Below, piece by piece: positions 18,730 through 27,660 of a stretch of DNA of 64,000 bases (within the stretch, counting starts at the first letter, position 1; each line of letters begins with the position of its first letter). The stretch comes from Gemmatimonadales bacterium (lineage in GTDB: Bacteria > Gemmatimonadota > Gemmatimonadetes > Gemmatimonadales > GWC2-71-9). Location of the stretch: NCBI GenBank assembly GCA_038321865.1, contig JBBQFH010000009.1:32001-96000 (forward strand). Direction: 5' to 3'. A program made the translations under genes and the position numbers. Under the pieces are notes generated by a model. The model searched no databases, was not told where the DNA came from, and worked only from the letters and a program-made list of their open reading frames with translations.

Positions 18730-20298
18730 ATGAGCGCACCCCACGTGAAGGGCGGCACACCGCCGCGTCCCCTGACCTCCGGGGGAGGCACGGGCCTGTG
18801 GGCCACGAAGTCGATCACGGCGCTCCGCGCCGAGGCCGAGGCGACCGGCGAGCGATCGCTGAAGCGCACGCTCGGCGCCCTGAACCTGACCATGCTCGGC
18901 ATCGGTGCGATCATCGGGGCGGGCATCTTCGTGCTCACGGGGCTGGCGGCGGCGCTGCACGCCGGGCCTGCGGTGCCGATCTCCTTCGTGCTCGCGGCGG
19001 TCGCCTGCGGCCTGGCCGGCCTTTGCTACGCGGAGATGGCCAGCGCAGTGCCGGTGGCGGGGAGCGCCTACACCTACTCGTACGCGACGATGGGCGAGTT
19101 CATTGCGTGGATCATCGGCTGGGACCTGGTCCTCGAGTACGCGATGGGAGCGGCCACGGTCGGCGTGGGCTGGTCGGGGTATTTCGTCAGCATGCTCGAC
19201 TTCTTCGGCGTGCACCTGCCCGTCGCGCTCACCTCGGCACCGCTCCGGCTCTGCAGCGCCGAGGATGTGACCAAGGCGGTCTCCTTCTGCGCGCACGCCG
19301 GATGGAACTCCACCGGGGCGCTGTTCAACCTGCCCGCCGTCGCCATCGTGCTCATCGCGACCACGATTCTGGTCATCGGCATCGAGGAGTCGGCCAAGGT
19401 CAACAACGTCATCGTCGTGCTGAAGATCGCCGTGGTGCTGATGTTCATCGCGTTCGGCGCGAAATACGTCAACACCGGCAACTGGCATCCGTTCATCCCG
19501 GCCAATACCGGTGTCTTCGGAGAATTCGGCTGGAGCGGCGTCTTTCGCGGCGCCGGCCTGATCTTCTTCGCCTACATCGGCTTCGACGCCGTCAGCACCG
19601 CGGCGCAGGAGGCGAAGAACCCGCAGAAGGACATGCCGGTCGGCATTCTCGGCTCGCTCGGGATCTGCACGGTCCTCTACATCCTCGTCGCCCTGGTGCT
19701 CACGGGACTGGTCAAGTATGACCAGCTCAACGTCGCGCATCCGGTGGCCTACGCCGTGGAGCAGATCGCCGGACTGAACTGGCTCCGGCCGTTCATCACG
19801 ATCGGCGCGGTGCTCGGGCTGGGTTCCGTGGTGCTCGTCATGCTCCTGGGCCAGTCACGGGTGTTCTACTCGATGTCCCGGGACGGCCTGATGGGGCCCT
19901 GGGCCGGCAAGGTGCACCCGCGCTTCCGGACGCCGTACCTGTCCACCATCTACGTGGGCATCATCGTCTCGGTCATCGCCGGCACCTTCCCGATTCAGAT
20001 CCTTGGTGAGCTGGTGAACATCGGGACGCTGCTGGCGTTCGTGCTGGTGTGCGCCGGCGTGTGGATTCTCCGGAGCAAGCGGCCCGATCTCGAGCGGCCG
20101 TTCCGCACGCCGCTGGTTCCGCTGGTGCCGATCCTTGGCATCCTCTCCTGCATGGGCCTGATGGCCACCCTGCCCGGAGATACCTGGCTCCGGCTGCTGG
20201 TCTGGCTGCTGATCGGGTTCGTGATCTACTTCGGCTACGGCAGGAAACACAGCCACCTGCAGCAGGAGATCGCGGCGCGCCAGTCCCCCAACCCCTAG
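18730..20298 (+). CDS. APC-family cationic-amino-acid-type permease
   Basis: GIGAIIGAGIF, AGSAYTY, FFAYIGFDAVST. Confidence 0.93.
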   Translation: MSAPHVKGGTPPRPLTSGGGTGLWATKSITALRAEAEATGERSLKRTLGALNLTMLGIGAIIGAGIFVLTGLAAALHAGPAVPISFVLAAVACGLAGLCYAEMASAVPVAGSAYTYSYATMGEFIAWIIGWDLVLEYAMGAATVGVGWSGYFVSMLDFFGVHLPVALTSAPLRLCSAEDVTKAVSFCAHAGWNSTGALFNLPAVAIVLIATTILVIGIEESAKVNNVIVVLKIAVVLMFIAFGAKYVNTGNWHPFIPANTGVFGEFGWSGVFRGAGLIFFAYIGFDAVSTAAQEAKNPQKDMPVGILGSLGICTVLYILVALVLTGLVKYDQLNVAHPVAYAVEQIAGLNWLRPFITIGAVLGLGSVVLVMLLGQSRVFYSMSRDGLMGPWAGKVHPRFRTPYLSTIYVGIIVSVIAGTFPIQILGELVNIGTLLAFVLVCAGVWILRSKRPDLERPFRTPLVPLVPILGILSCMGLMATLPGDTWLRLLVWLLIGFVIYFGYGRKHSHLQQEIAARQSPNP

Positions 20299-20321
20299 GC
20301 GAACCGCTCGAGACGCACGAG

Positions 20322-20353
20322 GGAGCGCCGCCGCAAGGCGGCGCTCCTGTTTC
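20322..20353 (+). terminator. Intrinsic terminator-like hairpin
   Basis: Perfect 11-bp stem GGAGCGCCGCC-GCAA-GGCGGCGCTCC followed by TGTTTC, 23 nt after the permease stop. Confidence 0.75.
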
Positions 20354-20383
20354 ATCCCGCACCGTGAGCGCCGGGCGTCGCAA

Positions 20384-20412
20384 TTGACACCCCATGCCGA
20401 ATCTCCTACCCT
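20384..20412 (+). promoter_or_regulatory. sigma70-type promoter TTGACA-N17-TACCCT for the third permease
   Basis: Consensus -35, 17-nt spacer, located just after the terminator. Confidence 0.65.
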
Positions 20413-20468
20413 GTCCCGCTGTTCCGCTCGATACATTCGCCGGCCTCCATCCAGCGCACGAGGATTGC

Positions 20469-21908
20469 ATGGATCTGTTCCGACGCAAGAGCGTCACCGC
20501 GCTCCAGTCCGAAGCCGAGAGCGACCACAGCCTGAAGCGGTCGCTGGGACCGCTGGCGCTGACGATGCTTGGCATCGGCGCCATCATCGGGACGGGCATC
20601 TTCGTGCTCACCGGCACCGTCGCCGCGCAGAACGCCGGGCCCGCGGTCGTCCTGTCCTTCGTGCTCGCGGGATTCGCCTCGATCTTCGCGGCGCTCTGCT
20701 ATTCCGAGTTCGCGGCGCTGGTGCCGATGGCCGGCAGCGCGTACACCTACGGCTACGCGACACTGGGCGAGTTCGTGGCCTGGATCATCGGCTGGGATCT
20801 GGTGCTGGAATATGCCCTGAGCGCCACGACCGTGGCCATCGGCTGGTCGGGGTACGTCGTATCGTTTCTCAAGGACATCGGCATCGTCATCCCGGCGCAC
20901 TTTGCCGCGGCGCGCGGCACCATGGTGACGCTCGCCGATGGATCACAGACCATGGCGCTGTTCAACGTCCCTGCGGTGCTCATCGTCGCGCTGGTGACCG
21001 GGCTGCTCGTCGTTGGAATCAAGGAGTCGGCCAACGTGAACAGCGTCATCGTGATCATCAAGGTGGCGGTGGTGATCCTGTTCATCGCGCTCGCGGCGCA
21101 GGCCATCAATCCGGCCAACTGGCACCCGTTCATTCCGCCCAACACCGGTGCTCGCGAGCATTTCGGCTACACCGGCATCGTCGCCGGGGCGGGCGTCGTC
21201 TTCTTCGCCTACATCGGGTTCGACGCGGTGAGCACCGCCGCGCAGGAGGCCAAGAACCCCCAGCGCGACATGCCGATCGGGATCATCACGTCGCTGGTCG
21301 TCTGCACGGTGCTCTACATCATCGTCGCGGGCATTGCGACGGGCGTCCTGCCGTACGCCCAGCTCGACGTGCCGGATCCGATCGCCAAGGTCGCGGACGC
21401 GGCGGGGCTCAAGTGGATCTCGTCGGTGATCAAGCTCGGCGCCATCGCCGGCCTGTCGTCCGTCATCCTGGTCCAGCTGATGGGCCAGTCCCGGGTGTTC
21501 TACAGCATGAGCAAGGACGGCCTGCTGCCGCCGTTCGTGAACCGGGTGCACCCGCGGTTCCGGACGCCGTACATCACGTCCATCGTGACCGGCATCGCCG
21601 TCTCGATTCCGGCCGGCTTCCTGACCGTCCGCGAGGCCGGCAGCCTGGTCTCCATCGGCACACTGCTCGCGTTCGCCATCGTGTCGATCGGCGTGCTCGT
21701 GCTGCGGGTCCGTGAGCCGGATCTGCACCGTCCCTTCCGCGCACCTGCCATCTGGCTGGTCGCCCCGCTCGGCGCCGGGTCGGCCTTCTACCTGATGTAC
21801 TATCTCCCGCTCCGAACCTGGGAGCGGCTCATCATCTGGCTGCTCATCGGCTTCGTCGTCTACTTCGCCTACGGTTACCGGCACTCCCGGCTCAATCGCG
21901 CGGCGTAG
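20469..21908 (+). CDS. APC-family permease, tandem paralog of 18730-20298
   Basis: Start MDLFRRKS with GAGG upstream; same motifs as the upstream paralog. Confidence 0.92.
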   Translation: MDLFRRKSVTALQSEAESDHSLKRSLGPLALTMLGIGAIIGTGIFVLTGTVAAQNAGPAVVLSFVLAGFASIFAALCYSEFAALVPMAGSAYTYGYATLGEFVAWIIGWDLVLEYALSATTVAIGWSGYVVSFLKDIGIVIPAHFAAARGTMVTLADGSQTMALFNVPAVLIVALVTGLLVVGIKESANVNSVIVIIKVAVVILFIALAAQAINPANWHPFIPPNTGAREHFGYTGIVAGAGVVFFAYIGFDAVSTAAQEAKNPQRDMPIGIITSLVVCTVLYIIVAGIATGVLPYAQLDVPDPIAKVADAAGLKWISSVIKLGAIAGLSSVILVQLMGQSRVFYSMSKDGLLPPFVNRVHPRFRTPYITSIVTGIAVSIPAGFLTVREAGSLVSIGTLLAFAIVSIGVLVLRVREPDLHRPFRAPAIWLVAPLGAGSAFYLMYYLPLRTWERLIIWLLIGFVVYFAYGYRHSRLNRAA

Positions 21909-21934
21909 CAGCGGGGTTCCATTATCTTTCGCGC

Positions 21935-22960
21935 ATGTCACTGGACCTCTCCGCCGCCAAGATCGCCGCAGCCACCTCGCTGGCCGCGATCTTCCAGTCG
22001 GGACAGCGGGTCTGCCTCACGACCCACGTCAACCCCGACGGCGACGGCCTGGGCAGCGAGATCGGCCTGCTCCAGCTGCTGCGCGCCCGCGGGGTGGACG
22101 CGGTCATTACCAATCCGACCGCGACGCCGAGCCGCTTCGAGTTCCTCTTCGAGGGGATCCCGGGCTGTGACCGCAGCGGGCATGCGATCAAGGAGCTGCG
22201 GCGGGCGGATGTCATCGTGGTGCTGGACATCTCCGATATCGGCCGGCTCGGCATGCTGAGCGACACCGTCCGCGACACCCGTGTTCCGCTCGCCTGCATC
22301 GATCATCACGTGAGCGACAGCGTGCTTCCGCCCGGCCCCCGCTACATGGACCAGTCGGCTGCCGCCACGGGCGAGCTGGTCTACGAGATCGCCGTGGCGA
22401 ATGCCTGGCCGGTCACGCGCGACGTGGCGCAGGCACTGTACGTCGCCGTCCTCACGGATACCGGCGGGTTCCGGTTCAGCAACACCCGCCCCCGCACCCT
22501 CCGCGTCGCTGCCGACCTGCTCGAGACCGGGGTGGATCCCGAGCAGATCTACCTGGACGTCTACGCCCGGGCGCCTGAAGGGCGTCCGCGGCTTTTTGCC
22601 GAGGCGCTGCAGACTCTCGTGGTCGAGCCACAGCATGGGCTGGCGTGGGTCACCGTCCCGCCGGGCGCCATCGAGCGGCTCGGCGTGTCGTCCGATGACC
22701 TCGACGGCGTCGTCGAGTTCCCGCGGTCGATCGAAGGGGTGCGGATGGCGCTGCTGTTTCGCGAGGCATCGCAGGGGCGGATCAAGGTGTCGCTGCGCTC
22801 GGTCGGCAATGTGGACGTCGCCGGCTTTGCCAAGCGGTTCGGGGGCGGCGGCCACCGGAAGGCGGCGGGCCTGTCGGTGGTGGGCAGCATGGTGGACGTG
22901 CAGGGCAGGGTGCTCGAGGCCGCCCGGGAATACCTGAGCGACACCAACGGGCACCCGTGA
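21935..22960 (+). CDS. nrnA: DHH/DHHA1 oligoribonuclease/pAp phosphatase
   Basis: HVNPDGDG, IDHH, TDTGGF, GGGGH. Confidence 0.9.
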   Translation: MSLDLSAAKIAAATSLAAIFQSGQRVCLTTHVNPDGDGLGSEIGLLQLLRARGVDAVITNPTATPSRFEFLFEGIPGCDRSGHAIKELRRADVIVVLDISDIGRLGMLSDTVRDTRVPLACIDHHVSDSVLPPGPRYMDQSAAATGELVYEIAVANAWPVTRDVAQALYVAVLTDTGGFRFSNTRPRTLRVAADLLETGVDPEQIYLDVYARAPEGRPRLFAEALQTLVVEPQHGLAWVTVPPGAIERLGVSSDDLDGVVEFPRSIEGVRMALLFREASQGRIKVSLRSVGNVDVAGFAKRFGGGGHRKAAGLSVVGSMVDVQGRVLEAAREYLSDTNGHP

Positions 22961-22987
22961 GTGGACTCCCCGCCTTATATTCGCGGC

Positions 22988-23218
22988 ATGGACATCTTCG
23001 CACGCATCGAGCGCTCGCTGGACACCCTTCGTCCGTATATCGCCTCCCACAAGGGACACGTCGAGGTCGTTGACTTCGACGAGAGCGACGGCATGCTGCT
23101 GCTTCGCCTCGGCGGGACCTGCCACGGCTGCGCCGCGTCGACCATCACGCTGAAACAGGGAATCGAGACGCGGCTGCGGGAGATGGTGCCCGAGGTCAAG
23201 CACGTCGAGGCCGTGTGA
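22988..23218 (+). CDS. Stand-alone NifU C-terminal (Nfu) domain Fe-S carrier
   Basis: LRPY...H.G.VE, LGGTCHGC, TLKQGIE. Confidence 0.88.
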   Translation: MDIFARIERSLDTLRPYIASHKGHVEVVDFDESDGMLLLRLGGTCHGCAASTITLKQGIETRLREMVPEVKHVEAV

Positions 23219-24315
23219 TGGCTGAGACCCTCGAAGCCCGCGTCATCAGCGCGCTCGCCGGCATCCGCAATCCCCGGCTGGAAAACGACCTGATCTCATC
23301 CGGCATGGTCCGTGAGCTCGAGGTCCGCCCCGACGGTCGGGTCAGCTTCACCTTCCTGCTCGCCTCCGATGACCCCGCGACGCTGGTTCGCGCCGCCCGG
23401 AGCGCCGTCCGCGCGGTGGACGGCGTCGGCGAGGTGAAGATCAACGTCTCCAATCCCGGCGGCCCCGCGACACCGACGCATGGTCCGCCCACGTCCGAGG
23501 GAATGACGCCCGCGCCCTCGCCGATGGAGCAGCCCCACCTCGGCCGTATTCTGGCCGTGTCATCGGGGAAGGGCGGCGTTGGCAAGTCCACCGTTGCGGC
23601 CAATCTGGCGGTGGCGCTGGCGGAGGCGGGCTATCGGGTCGGCGTGATGGACGCGGATGTCTACGGCCCCAACATGCCGCGCATGTTCGGCATTTTCGAG
23701 AAGCCGCCGGTGGCCGGCGGGAAGATGCAGCCGCTCGAAGCCTTCGGCGTGAAGCTGATGTCCCTCGGCTTCCTCATCGATCGTGACGCGCCTGCCATCT
23801 GGCGCGGCCCGATCATCATGAAGATCATCCAGCAGTTCCTGCGGGACGTGAACTGGGGCGAGCTCGACTACTTCATCGTGGACATGCCCCCCGGCACCGG
23901 CGATGCCCAGCTCTCGCTGGTGCAGTCAGTCCACGTGGCGGCGGCACTCATCGTCACGACGCCGCAGGAAGTGGCGGTGGGTGACGCGCTCCGTGGCGCG
24001 CGCATGTTCGAGCGTGTCGGCGTGCCCGTCATCGGCATTGTCGAGAACATGAGCGGATTCACCGATCCGGAGAGCGGGCGCCACTGGGAGCTCTTCTCGT
24101 CCGGTGGCGGGCTCCGCCTGGCCGAAGAGCTCGGCGTGCCGCTGCTGGGGAAGGTGCCGCTCCAGCCCGGTCTCGCCGAGCTCGCCGACGGTGGAAAGCC
24201 CGTCGTGCTGGGCGCACCGTCGAGCCCGGCGGCCGCGGTGCTGCGCGAGATCGCCGACCGGGTTCGCGAACATATGGGCGGCCGGTCAATCGCCCTGCCG
24301 ATACTCCGGAGCTGA
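23218..24315 (+). CDS. mrp: Mrp/ApbC Fe-S cluster carrier ATPase
   Basis: SGKGGVGKST, DADVYGP, DMPPGTGD, VENMS; N-terminal DUF59-like domain. Confidence 0.93.
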   Translation: MAETLEARVISALAGIRNPRLENDLISSGMVRELEVRPDGRVSFTFLLASDDPATLVRAARSAVRAVDGVGEVKINVSNPGGPATPTHGPPTSEGMTPAPSPMEQPHLGRILAVSSGKGGVGKSTVAANLAVALAEAGYRVGVMDADVYGPNMPRMFGIFEKPPVAGGKMQPLEAFGVKLMSLGFLIDRDAPAIWRGPIIMKIIQQFLRDVNWGELDYFIVDMPPGTGDAQLSLVQSVHVAAALIVTTPQEVAVGDALRGARMFERVGVPVIGIVENMSGFTDPESGRHWELFSSGGGLRLAEELGVPLLGKVPLQPGLAELADGGKPVVLGAPSSPAAAVLREIADRVREHMGGRSIALPILRS

Positions 24316-24340
24316 CCGTCCGCCCGCGCACGGCGCGCTC

Positions 24341-25099
24341 ATGAGCGCGCTGATCACGCTGCTCACCGATTTTTCCAACGCCGATTCCTACGTCGCGGAG
24401 ATGAAGGGCGTGCTGCTGAGTGCGCTCCCCGCGGCGACACTGGTGGATGTGACGCATCTGATTCCGCCGGGCGATGTGCGGAGCGCCGCTCACGTACTTG
24501 CCCGGGTCTGGCGCCGTTTCCCGGCGGGCACCGTGCATCTCGCCATCGTGGACCCGGGCGTCGGCACCGCACGGGCGGCGCTGGCGGTGTCCACCCGCGG
24601 CCACTACTTCGTCGGCCCCGACAACGGCGTGCTCACGCCCATCCTAAAGGACGAGGTCGACATCGTGGCGCTGCCGACGCCGGCCGACGCCGCGCCGACG
24701 TTCCACGGCCGGGACCTGTTCGCGCCCGCCGCGGCCGCGATCGCGTCGGGTCGGCCCATGCGCTCGCTGGGTCCCCGCTTCACCGGCTTGCCCGTTCGCC
24801 TCACGTACACGGAGCCACATTACGAGGGTAAGAGCGTCGTCGGTGAGGTCGTATACGTCGACCGGTTCGGGACGCTGGTGACCAACCTGACGCCGGAGCT
24901 GGTGCCGCCGTATGCGCGGCTCGAGATCGAGGGCGTCGACGCCGGACCGCTCCGCCGCACGTTCGGGGACGTGCCGACGGGCGGCCTGGTGGCCTATCTC
25001 GGTTCCAACGGCGACGTGGAGGTGGCGGTGCGCGACGGCTCCGCGGCGCGGCGGCTGGGAATCGGCGTCGGCGGAAGGGTGCGCGCCCGGCTGGGCTGA
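24341..25099 (+). CDS. SAM hydroxide adenosyltransferase (DUF62 family)
   Basis: ITLLTDF, VDPGVG..R, GPDNG, TFHGRDLF, YVDRFG. Confidence 0.9.
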   Translation: MSALITLLTDFSNADSYVAEMKGVLLSALPAATLVDVTHLIPPGDVRSAAHVLARVWRRFPAGTVHLAIVDPGVGTARAALAVSTRGHYFVGPDNGVLTPILKDEVDIVALPTPADAAPTFHGRDLFAPAAAAIASGRPMRSLGPRFTGLPVRLTYTEPHYEGKSVVGEVVYVDRFGTLVTNLTPELVPPYARLEIEGVDAGPLRRTFGDVPTGGLVAYLGSNGDVEVAVRDGSAARRLGIGVGGRVRARLG

Positions 25100-25124
25100 G
25101 GGTTCACTCGACTCGGAGGCGGCG

Positions 25125-25967
25125 ATGCGTCCCCTGCTCGTGGCGCACCTGGTCGGCGCGGGGTGGGGCAGGCTGGCGCCGCTGGTGCCGACGGACGGCG
25201 CGGTCTACGCGATCCTGTTCATCGCGATCACGCTGCTCTTCCTCAAGCGGTGCGGCGATGTCGGACTGCAGGCGGAGGAGTCCCTCGGTGGGGCGGTCAG
25301 CGGCGCAGGCGGCGCAATCGCCGGCAGCCGGCTGTTCTTCCTGATCACCACCGGCGCGCTGGTCCGCACCTCTCCGGCGCAGTGGGTCAATCTCGGCGGC
25401 GGCACGGCGTCGTGGGGCGCATACCTCGGTGGCATTGCGGGTCTCGCGACGTTCTGCCGGTTCTCGTCGGCGTCGTTCTGGGTCATGGCCGACGTCGGAG
25501 CCTCCTGCGCCGGGCTGAGCGAGGTCATCGGACGCTGGGCATGCCTCCTTGCCGGCGATGATTTCGGCCGGGTCAGCACGCTGCCGTGGGCCATCCACTT
25601 CCCGCCCGGCAGCTTCGCGTACCGCGCGCATGCGGCGCGAGGGCTGCTGGAGGCCGGCGCCACGCAGTCGCTCGCCGTGCATCCGCTGCAGATCTATCTC
25701 ATGCTGAATGCCGCCGTCGTGTTCGCGCTGACGACGCTCGCGTGGCGCCGCTGGCGGAACGCACCCGGCCGCACGCTCGCCACCTTTCTGCTGCTGCACG
25801 GCGCGACGCGATTCTGCTGGGAATTTCTCCGTGATCCTGATGCCGGCGGCGCGCGCGGCCTGCTGTCAGTGTCGCAGTGGACCTGTCTGGGAATGGTGGC
25901 GGCGGGAGTCCTGCTGGCGATACGCCTGCGCGGAATGCGGAGCGAAGTGCCGGCCGCCGCATCGTGA
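25125..25967 (+). CDS. Divergent prolipoprotein diacylglyceryl transferase (Lgt) family protein
   Basis: GRWACLLAGDDFGR..LPWAI.FP, VHPLQIY, RFCWEFLR; GGAGG RBS 5 nt before ATG. Confidence 0.8.
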   Translation: MRPLLVAHLVGAGWGRLAPLVPTDGAVYAILFIAITLLFLKRCGDVGLQAEESLGGAVSGAGGAIAGSRLFFLITTGALVRTSPAQWVNLGGGTASWGAYLGGIAGLATFCRFSSASFWVMADVGASCAGLSEVIGRWACLLAGDDFGRVSTLPWAIHFPPGSFAYRAHAARGLLEAGATQSLAVHPLQIYLMLNAAVVFALTTLAWRRWRNAPGRTLATFLLLHGATRFCWEFLRDPDAGGARGLLSVSQWTCLGMVAAGVLLAIRLRGMRSEVPAAAS

Positions 25968-25987
25968 TGCGGCGGCCTCCCCGCCAA

Positions 25988-26101
25988 TCAGTTCGGTGCC
26001 GAGTACGATTTGCAGGCGGCGAGGGTCACCAGGCCACTGAAGACCATCAGCACCAGCACCAGCAGGCGCGCGCGCAGGCTCTGCGGAACGAAGGAACGCA
26101 T
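25988..26101 (-). CDS. 37-aa micro-prolipoprotein MRSFVPQSLRARLLVLVLMVFSGLVTLAACKSYSAPN
   Basis: AGGAGG 5 nt before ATG; basic n-region, hydrophobic h-region, LAAC lipobox; below the ORF-track length cut-off. Confidence 0.75.
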   Translation of the reverse strand: MRSFVPQSLRARLLVLVLMVFSGLVTLAACKSYSAPN

Positions 26102-26185
26102 CCTGTCCTCCTGAGTGAATCGGCGTCGCCCGGTACCGGGATGGCACCGGATCGGCCGGAAAACCTACGGGTGAGACCTGCCGCC

Positions 26186-26214
26186 AACATGCAGCCCGGC
26201 CTGCGGCGGGGCAA
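26186..26214 (-). promoter_or_regulatory. Candidate sigma70-type promoter TTGCCC-N17-CATGTT for the micro-lipoprotein
   Basis: Correct spacing in the intergenic region; weak -10. Confidence 0.35.
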
Positions 26215-26224
26215 GGCCGCCCGG

Positions 26225-26836
26225 TCAGGGAGGCGCGGCGGCGAAACCGCCGCGGAGCCGCAGCAGCGCTCGGCGGAAGAACCCGAACAGCTTCCAGATG
26301 ATGAACGTCGCCAGCACGACCAGCACGATCACGATCGCGCCGGTTAGCACCGGATGCGTCGAAGCCAGCCAGCTCAGGCCGATAACGATCGCATCCTCGC
26401 CGAGGCTCAACGCCCAGTTGCTGAACGGCTCGGGACTGGTGTTCGCCGCCGCACGCATGGACGCCTTCGCGCCGTGGGACGAGAGTGCCACGCCCCCCGC
26501 CAGCAACGCCGCCGCCAGCTTCCATGTCTCGGGCACCGCACCGAACGCGCTGTAGCCGATGAGTGCGGCCGCGGGCGGCCGGATGAAGGTGTGCACGGCG
26601 TCCCAGGCGCTGTCCACGACCGGAATCTTGTCGGCGACGAATTCAATCACGAACATCACCGCCGCGATGCCGATGATGAGCGGATTGGCCAGAATCTGGA
26701 GTGACGCGGGCAGCTGGACGACCCCGAAGCGCTGGAACAGCCCGGCGGCGGCCACCGTGGCGTAGAGATTCAAACCCGAGGCGAACGACGTACCGAGGGT
26801 GAAGCCGAGCGTCTGGAGCGGGCTCAGTTCACCCAC
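26225..26836 (-). CDS. DUF4126 family membrane protein
   Basis: ASGLNLYA, EFVADKIP.VDS.WD.VHTFIRP, SPEPFSN..LSLGED. Confidence 0.88.
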   Translation of the reverse strand: MGELSPLQTLGFTLGTSFASGLNLYATVAAAGLFQRFGVVQLPASLQILANPLIIGIAAVMFVIEFVADKIPVVDSAWDAVHTFIRPPAAALIGYSAFGAVPETWKLAAALLAGGVALSSHGAKASMRAAANTSPEPFSNWALSLGEDAIVIGLSWLASTHPVLTGAIVIVLVVLATFIIWKLFGFFRRALLRLRGGFAAAPP

Positions 26837-27660
26837 TCGACGTCGACGCCGCCGAAGGCGGTCGCGAGGGCGAGATCGATGTGACGGGATGCGCGGGCAT
26901 AACCCGGAGAAAGATACACCTTCCCCTGCCGTGTCCAGCCTCCGCTGGAAAAACTGGACAGGAATCGGTCTACCGTCAGGCGGACGCCGAGGCCGCGCGG
27001 AATACGGAGGGTGAGCGCGCCGATCGCCAGGTGAACATCCAGCCTCGCGTCTGCCGGCCACGCTCCGGTCAGGTCGAGCAGCGTCGTACCCACGCCGCCG
27101 TCGAACCGCACCAGCTGACATCGGGCATTGCCGAGCGCGAGCAGCGAAATGTCCGCCGCCCCCGCGCTCAGGTCGGCGCGCTCGCAGCGGGACGAGTTGG
27201 GTCGGGAAAAACGGACGGTCGTCCGGCTCGCGCCGGTGGAAAGGCGCAGCCGGGTGAGCTGGAGCCCGCCGAGCTCGATATCGCCGTCGCCCGCTCCCAG
27301 CTCCAGCGCGAGGCTGAGCGCCACCCGGGACGAGAGCGCGAGAAATCCGCTCTGCTCGACTCGGCGGCGCGAGGACACGCGGAACCCGGTCCCGACGCTC
27401 TCAAGTCCGAGCCGCGCGACACCTGCCGCGGCGTCGAACGCGCTCACTGGAGCGAAGCGGTCGGAATCGTAGGTCACATGCATCCGATACAGGTCGCCGG
27501 CGGCCGACGGCACGATACGGAGACTGCCCGCCTCGTAGGCCACCCGCGCCTCCAGCCGGCTTTCACCGTGGAGTTGCCGTGACGTGGTAAAGTCCCGTGT
27601 CGTCTGCGCCGCCGCGGTCACCGGCGCGAAAAGCGCGAACGCGAGCGCCAGACGGCTCAC
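26824..27660 (-). CDS. Secreted LiaF/LiaG-like (toast-rack, DUF2154/DUF4097-like) beta-solenoid protein
   Basis: Signal peptide; repeated GAG/GAS/GAA/GVG beta motifs; GTGA overlap start. Confidence 0.65.
   Translation of the reverse strand: MSRLALAFALFAPVTAAAQTTRDFTTSRQLHGESRLEARVAYEAGSLRIVPSAAGDLYRMHVTYDSDRFAPVSAFDAAAGVARLGLESVGTGFRVSSRRRVEQSGFLALSSRVALSLALELGAGDGDIELGGLQLTRLRLSTGASRTTVRFSRPNSSRCERADLSAGAADISLLALGNARCQLVRFDGGVGTTLLDLTGAWPADARLDVHLAIGALTLRIPRGLGVRLTVDRFLSSFSSGGWTRQGKVYLSPGYARASRHIDLALATAFGGVDVEWVN

Noticed and set aside
20349..20354. Fourth TGAAAC element on the minus strand
   Set aside because: No CGTA at 16-17 nt spacing; it is the terminator tail
24341..25099. SAM-dependent halogenase or natural-product cluster
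   Set aside because: The Asp-Arg-His features of hydroxide adenosyltransferases are present and the context is housekeeping
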